A stretch of 40,000 nucleotides of DNA, taken from positions 4,009 to 44,008 of the forward strand of contig NZ_BAMI01000012.1 in assembly GCF_000615765.1 (NCBI RefSeq). The letters run 5' to 3'. The notes under the pieces are model-generated. The model worked only from the letters and a program-made list of their open reading frames with translations. It made no database searches and was not told the origin of the DNA. Origin of the DNA: Ligilactobacillus equi DSM 15833 = JCM 10991. GTDB lineage: Bacteria; Bacillota; Bacilli; Lactobacillales; Lactobacillaceae. Below, in pieces: positions 34,880 through 40,000 of the stretch. The position numbers were made by a program, and so were the translations under genes. The stretch's first letter is position 1. Every line of letters begins with the position of its first letter.

Positions 34880-37800
34880 TTAGTCTCTCTTACGACGACC
34901 AGTCCAAGCAAGACCAATCATAGAACTTAAGGCAACTAAACTAGCACCTAAAGTTACACCAAAGCTGTCTTTTTCACCAGTTTGTGGTAAAGCACGTTGG
35001 CTACGGTTAGTGTTATCGCTAACTGTCTTCATGTTTACTTGCTTGCCTGTTGTGGCAGAGATAATTGCACCTGTCTTAGGATCGACCTTAACACCTTTAA
35101 CTACTTTGGCATTTTGATCGTATACAACACCATCTTTAGCAAACCAGTTGCTGATGATTGTTCCATCTTCGTTCTTAACAAAGTTTCCTTCGACGTGTAA
35201 CCCACTCTTCTTAGCAAGTTCCTTAGCTTGTTCAGCTTGCTTTTTAGCTAATTCTTGAGCTTTAGCTTCTTCTTCAGCTTTTTGAATTGCTAATAAGCTA
35301 TCAAGGACACGTTGTGCCTTAGTTAATTGGTCCTTAGCATTGTCTAAAGCCTTCTTCTTTTCATCAAGAGTTTCCTTTGAATTATCAAAGGCTTGTTGTG
35401 CTTCAGTCACATTTGTTTGTGCTTGTTCTAATGCCTTTTGAGCATCTGCAAGCAATTGTGGAGCATTCTTTAAGTCAGAAAGCTTTGCTTGTAAGTCTTT
35501 CAACTTAGCTTGTTCGTCTGCCAATACCTTTTGAGCTTTAGTTACTTCACCTTGCTTGTTATCAAGGTTCTTTTGAGCTTGATCTAACGCTTGTTGAGCT
35601 TTCACTTGTTCGGCTTTTAAGTTTTCTAATGTAGCCTTGTCGTCTGCTAACTTAGTCTTAGCTTCGTTTAAGGCTTGTACCTTTTGTTTTGCTACATCTC
35701 CTGCGTTATCTAATGCTTTTTGTGCCTTAGATACTTCTTCTTTGTCCTTAGCTACATCAGTTGTAAGACTCGCTACCTTACCGCTTAATTCAGATAACTT
35801 AGTCTTGTTGTTTGCTAATTCTTTTTGTGCATCTTCTAAGTTTGTCTTAGCTTGGCTAAGTTCCTTTTGTGCTTTATTTAAGCTATCTTGTGCCATATCA
35901 CTTGCAACATTCTTTGCGCTTTGATCTTGGTACAACTTAGTTAATTCGCTTTGAGCATCTGATAATGCTTTTTGTGCATTTTCTAAGTTCTTTGCCTTTT
36001 CTTGTGCATTAGCCGTAAATGAATTTAATGTATCAGTAGCTTGCTTCAAGGTATCGTTAGCTTTATTCAAGGAGTCTTGTGCATCCTTTTCTGCAGCTGT
36101 AGCAGTAGCTAAGTTAGTTGATGCTACAGCTGCGTTATTCTTAGCTGTGTCATTTGCACTCTTTGCTGAATCGTATGCAGCTTGTGCATCCTTTTGAGTT
36201 TGAGACGCTTGGTTTGCTTTTGTTTGAGCATTAGTCAAGTCTGACTTTTGTTGTCCTAAAGTAGTAGACAAGTCTTGCTTTTGTTGTAACAACTTATCGT
36301 TGGAGTTACTGTTACTGTATGGAGTTGTATTGTATTTTGAAAGTTTACTTTCATTTACATCCAATGTTGGTGCGTTGTATTTTACATCATCATAAACATA
36401 TGCAGTGTTAAAATGCAAAGTTCCATCACTAGTCATAGTAACAGCAAATTGTTGTGGATTAGAATAAGTACCTGCAAACACGGCATTTGGTCCCACTGTA
36501 CGAGAACCAGTAATATCTGATGTATGTCCATATTTTGATTCTGCATCGTTGAATAACATCATGGTGATACCGTCGTATACACCTTTTTTCAAGTTATCTA
36601 ATGTTGTTGTATACTCTTTGTTCCTATCCATTGGATGATCATTAACATCATAAACATATCCGTAAACAAGATCTTCACCTATAGTAATTCCATATTCATT
36701 TCCAACCTTAACTAAGGCTTTTTTATCATGTCCAAACATAAGTCCGTCATCGATAACCATCCCATCATCCATATATGCTTGATCCACAGCTTTACCAAAA
36801 AGAATGCTTGCATCTGATGTTACTAAATCGTATGCTCCGACTTGGCGACGAATTGGGTTCAACAATGAAGCGGCGAATAAAGATAACTCCTTAATCGTTT
36901 CATTATCTAGTAAACCATTTTTAGCAATGTGAACGATTTTTGCTTGGTCAGCTTTGTTAGACTTAAATGTATTAAGACCATTGGATTCTTGCCAAGTTGA
37001 TGAAAGGTATCCTTTAGAAATTTGATCTAATTTGTCAAAATTTGATAGCCGTTGTTCACCTAAATGCTTTTTCAATTCATCAATGTAACCATTAGGTAAA
37101 ACAATAGTATTAACGTTGCCTAAAGTGTCGTTAACGTTGTCCAGTTCTTTTTGCGTGTTAGCAACTGCATCCTTAGCATTTTGTAATTCACGTTGAGCTT
37201 GTGAACTAGCATTTACTGCATTGTCTAAGGTTTTCTTTACGCTATCTAATTGCTTAGTTGTATCTGTCAATGCTTGTTGAGCTTTGTCATTTGCTACCTT
37301 AGCGCTAGATAAGTTTGCCTTAGCTACGTTTAAAGCATTATTCTTAGATGTTACATCATTTTTAGCATCTGCAACTGCTTTTTGCGCATCCGCAATGCCA
37401 GTATTATTAACAGCATTTTGAGCATCTGTCACGGCTTGCTTTGCGTTAGATACAACATTTTCTTGGGCTTTGGCAGCGTTATCAGCTTGTGCCTTTTCTG
37501 ACTTGGCTGTGTCCGCTTTGGCTTGTAAGGAGTCTGCCTTAGCTTGTGCATTAGAAACACTCTTTTGCGCATCGTTGACCTTTGTTTGAGTAGAATCAAC
37601 TTTCTTTTGAGTTTCAGTTACAGATTGTTCAGTAGAAGCCAATTCCCTTTCGTCAGAGACTTGCTTATTTTTAGCGTTTTCTAAGTTTTGTTGTGCTTTA
37701 GTAACACCGGCGTTGTCTACTTCCTTTTGAGCAGAGTCAACTGTACTTTGGTCTTTAGACACAACATTTTCTTGCGCTTTAACGTTATCTGTGGCTTTAG

Positions 37801-38272
37801 CAAGAGATACCTGTGCATCTTCTACGCCTTTTTGTGCGTGAACAACATTATCTTGAGCCTGATTAACTTGTGCTTTTGCAGAATCAACTACTTTTTCTTG
37901 ATTTTCAATCGCACTTTCTTGCTTAGTAAGATTTTCAGGAGTAGCTTCCTTTGCATTATCTTGAGCGGAAGTTAAATTGTTCTTTGCGTCATTTAAGGAA
38001 TTTGTTGCTTGGTTAAGCGTAGTAGCGTCTTTGTCATTTACGACTTGAGCTTGGTTAACCTGTGTTTGAACATCGCTAACATTCTTTTGAGCACTGTTAA
38101 CATTTACTTGTGCTTGTTCAACTGTTTCAGCTGAAGTAACTTGAGTAGTTTTGTTTTGATTATTTGTAGGGACGGAAGTTACTTCATCAGCTTGTGCCGT
38201 TGTGGCAACCCCTGCACCTACGGTAGCTAATGCTACTGCAACAGTAGCGGTCTTTTTAGAAACTTTATTCAT
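34880..38272 (-). CDS. LPXTG-anchored coiled-coil surface protein with central globular domain (PrgA/Sec10 surface-exclusion-like architecture)
   Basis: 1130 aa. Signal peptide MNKVSKKTATVAVALATVGAGVATTAQA. Long Q/A/K/N-rich coiled-coil arms on both sides of a ~250-aa globular insert (aa ~395-650). C-terminal LPQTGE + hydrophobic segment + RRKRD sortase signal. Confidence 0.85.
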   Translation of the reverse strand: MNKVSKKTATVAVALATVGAGVATTAQADEVTSVPTNNQNKTTQVTSAETVEQAQVNVNSAQKNVSDVQTQVNQAQVVNDKDATTLNQATNSLNDAKNNLTSAQDNAKEATPENLTKQESAIENQEKVVDSAKAQVNQAQDNVVHAQKGVEDAQVSLAKATDNVKAQENVVSKDQSTVDSAQKEVDNAGVTKAQQNLENAKNKQVSDERELASTEQSVTETQKKVDSTQTKVNDAQKSVSNAQAKADSLQAKADTAKSEKAQADNAAKAQENVVSNAKQAVTDAQNAVNNTGIADAQKAVADAKNDVTSKNNALNVAKANLSSAKVANDKAQQALTDTTKQLDSVKKTLDNAVNASSQAQRELQNAKDAVANTQKELDNVNDTLGNVNTIVLPNGYIDELKKHLGEQRLSNFDKLDQISKGYLSSTWQESNGLNTFKSNKADQAKIVHIAKNGLLDNETIKELSLFAASLLNPIRRQVGAYDLVTSDASILFGKAVDQAYMDDGMVIDDGLMFGHDKKALVKVGNEYGITIGEDLVYGYVYDVNDHPMDRNKEYTTTLDNLKKGVYDGITMMLFNDAESKYGHTSDITGSRTVGPNAVFAGTYSNPQQFAVTMTSDGTLHFNTAYVYDDVKYNAPTLDVNESKLSKYNTTPYSNSNSNDKLLQQKQDLSTTLGQQKSDLTNAQTKANQASQTQKDAQAAYDSAKSANDTAKNNAAVASTNLATATAAEKDAQDSLNKANDTLKQATDTLNSFTANAQEKAKNLENAQKALSDAQSELTKLYQDQSAKNVASDMAQDSLNKAQKELSQAKTNLEDAQKELANNKTKLSELSGKVASLTTDVAKDKEEVSKAQKALDNAGDVAKQKVQALNEAKTKLADDKATLENLKAEQVKAQQALDQAQKNLDNKQGEVTKAQKVLADEQAKLKDLQAKLSDLKNAPQLLADAQKALEQAQTNVTEAQQAFDNSKETLDEKKKALDNAKDQLTKAQRVLDSLLAIQKAEEEAKAQELAKKQAEQAKELAKKSGLHVEGNFVKNEDGTIISNWFAKDGVVYDQNAKVVKGVKVDPKTGAIISATTGKQVNMKTVSDNTNRSQRALPQTGEKDSFGVTLGASLVALSSMIGLAWTGRRKRD

Positions 38273-38477
38273 AAAAGCATCCTCCTATAAGATATAATTT
38301 ACTTTCTTTATTTTTATTTACAAGTTAATTGTAGCTCAATTTCCGCTACAAGTCAAGGATTTTAAAAAGGAATTCAAAATAAAATTTAGATTACATTTCA
38401 AAATTCTATTTAAGACAAACTTGCGAGAAGATTCTATGTTTTTTTGCGTTAGGAAAAATCATTTTTCCTACACTTAT

Positions 38478-38506
38478 ATTATATAACGTTTCGTTATATA
38501 GAACAA
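38478..38506 (-). promoter_or_regulatory. promoter with palindromic operator in the spacer (copy 3, upstream of the surface protein gene)
   Basis: Minus strand reads TTGTTC (38506-38501), 17 nt, TATAAT (38483-38478). The spacer holds TATAACGTTTCGTTATA (38482-38498). Confidence 0.6.
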
Positions 38507-38533
38507 GTGTTTTTTACTTAAAACCAAATAAAA

Positions 38534-38562
38534 AAGCAAGTGGTTCAAACACTCGCTTATCA
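38534..38562 (-). terminator. terminator of the AbrB-domain gene
   Basis: The minus strand reads AAGCGAGTG-tttgaac-CACTTGCTT followed by TTTTTATTT. There is one mismatch in the stem. Confidence 0.6.
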
Positions 38563-38573
38563 TTACGATTGTT

Positions 38574-39491
38574 TCAGAATTTTACCTTTACAAGATAGTC
38601 CCGAACTTCTTTGTCCGTTAGAAAAAGAATATCTAGCAGATGCATAAATTTGATGTTTTTTCTTGTAAATTTTTCTTTCCCGGGACTTTGTTCTCCTAAA
38701 CTACTTCTGATTTGGATATTTAGACTACTATCAACGTTACTACGAACAGTCCATTTATTTCTTCCAAGTAGAAAATCTCGATTCATAAGTTTTAGGTCAT
38801 CAAAAATTTCTTGCATTTTGGCTTGGATTTCCTGTTCCTTTTTTTCTTTGTATCGTTTTAATCCTGCTTGTTTTTCAACATGTGTAGCTAAAAAATCATC
38901 ATTTAAAGATGTTGTACTAAAATCGCAAAAGATGATGATACCAACCTCAGGAATTGTAGCTGTTTCAGAATAATACATAAATGCTTGCCCGTCTAAAATT
39001 TCAACATTCGCAAGATGTGAAATCATATTATGCTCACCTGCATACCGAATACGGGCGTTAAAACCATCAATTTTAAATCTCCCTTGTAGATTTGTCCCCT
39101 TTTGTTTGATAAGGGAATTTCTGAAAATGGAAGTTTTATCTTTAGCATTGATTATCTTATTATCTAGCAAAATGATAGAAATGTTCTGATCTAATGCCCC
39201 GTAAAATGTTTTAAAGATTATATCGTCTTTTGCATCATCAACTGGCTTAAAGTGAAAATTAAATCCGTCAAGACCTGATTCGAAGTAGAAGTATGGTTCC
39301 ATTTCTGAAATCAATGGGTATTGGCTCGTTATCTTTTGTACAAAAATACCACCGTCAAGTTCAGAAAACTGAATAACATCGGATAGCTTAATACCAACTT
39401 GTTGTGCAATTTTCATAGGTATTCTGATACCTAATGAGGAGCCCCATTTTGATACGTTGCTAAGTATACTTTGAGGTTCATTATTCTCCAT
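38574..39491 (-). CDS. AbrB/MazE/SpoVT-domain protein fused to a ~250-aa unknown C-terminal domain
   Basis: The ATG at 39491 after AAAGGAGAG is the preferred start; the track ORF begins 18 nt further upstream. N-terminal SKWGSSLGIRIPMKIAQQVGIKLSDVIQFSELDGGIFVQKI is a SpoVT-AbrB swapped-hairpin motif. The rest is unassigned. Confidence 0.55.
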   Translation of the reverse strand: MENNEPQSILSNVSKWGSSLGIRIPMKIAQQVGIKLSDVIQFSELDGGIFVQKITSQYPLISEMEPYFYFESGLDGFNFHFKPVDDAKDDIIFKTFYGALDQNISIILLDNKIINAKDKTSIFRNSLIKQKGTNLQGRFKIDGFNARIRYAGEHNMISHLANVEILDGQAFMYYSETATIPEVGIIIFCDFSTTSLNDDFLATHVEKQAGLKRYKEKKEQEIQAKMQEIFDDLKLMNRDFLLGRNKWTVRSNVDSSLNIQIRSSLGEQSPGKEKFTRKNIKFMHLLDILFLTDKEVRDYLVKVKF

Positions 39492-39883
39492 AAAAACTCT
39501 CCTTTTCATTCGTTTATTACACTACTAATAATTGTTTAAATTAAAAGTAAAGTAAATCAAATTTATACGTTTATTATACAACTTATTTTTTTACTTTCCA
39601 ATAAATAGTGATTTTTTAGGTTATTATTGTTCAGTTTAACTGATATACAATACGAATAGTTTCAATTAAAAATACAAGTATATATATATTATGTTTTGTC
39701 GTAAAATATACGACATTTATTCTTGATTATATCACTGATATTGTGTTACTTTTAATTTATGAAAAATGCGAATGTTGTTACCTAAAAATTACGTGCTCCT
39801 TCTTTTGGGATAGTCGTTAACTTTTAATTTTAGTGCTACATCTGTGTTTTTTAATAACTTATTGAAAGGGAGAATAAAATTTT

Positions 39884-40000
39884 ATGAAGAATAAAATTGT
39901 TAAAAAGAAGCGTACTTTAAAGCTTAATAGGGCGTACAAAGGCGTTGCCACAGGTGCAGCCGTTGCTTTAGGTACTTTCTTTGTTTCCGTTAAAGCTAAT
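39884..40000 (+). CDS. 5' end of a secreted/surface protein gene (partial, runs off the window)
   Basis: ATG at 39884 after GAAAGGGAG. MKNKIVKKKRTLKLNRAYKGVATGAAVALGTFFVSVKAN is a signal-peptide-like N-terminus. Confidence 0.5.
   Translation, partial: MKNKIVKKKRTLKLNRAYKGVATGAAVALGTFFVSVKAN

Noticed and set aside
34657-34923. Track ORF 34657-34923(+)
   Set aside because: It overlaps the convergent 3' end of the LPXTG gene and its terminator, so it is likely spurious.
34997-37975. Antisense ORFs 34997-35200, 35637-35924 and 37688-37975 within the LPXTG gene
   Set aside because: They are low-complexity translations of the complement of a repetitive coiled-coil gene, with no RBS.

Overview
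Low-GC, Lactobacillaceae-like mosaic accessory region, probably a plasmid or ICE-type element; this is inferred from content only. Left to right: phage/plasmid-type small genes (MazG-like, two DUF551-like paralogs, a frameshifted resolvase, HTH proteins; 0-6.1 kb). Next is a complete type I-E Cascade gene set ordered cas8e - small orf - cas11 - cas7 - cas5 - [CRISPR] - cas6e - [CRISPR] (6.9-13.4 kb), with no cas3, cas1 or cas2 anywhere in the window. Then come an IscB (OMEGA) RNA-guided nuclease gene with a structured upstream omega-RNA region (14.7-16.4 kb), a UvrD-like SF1 helicase and a C-protein-controlled type II R-M system. Further right are a decaying fructose-type PTS / 1-phosphofructokinase / RpiR module, an AbiD/F-type HEPN abortive-infection gene and very AT-rich unknown genes. 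The window ends with a degenerate tyrosine-recombinase-like gene, a 1130-aa LPXTG coiled-coil (PrgA/Sec10-like) surface protein and an AbrB-domain fusion protein. The best lead is the effector-only I-E system. It has an array inside the cas operon, an extra ORF between cas8e and cas11, and a decayed repeat cluster plus mini-ORF where cas3 should be. It sits next to a second RNA-guided nuclease (IscB) and an SF1 helicase. Second lead: three unrelated operons (helicase, methyltransferase, surface protein) share a near-consensus promoter whose 17-nt spacer holds the same palindrome, TATAACGTTTCGTTATA, which implies a common repressor. All calls rest on reading the sequence and recalling family motifs. 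No database search was possible.
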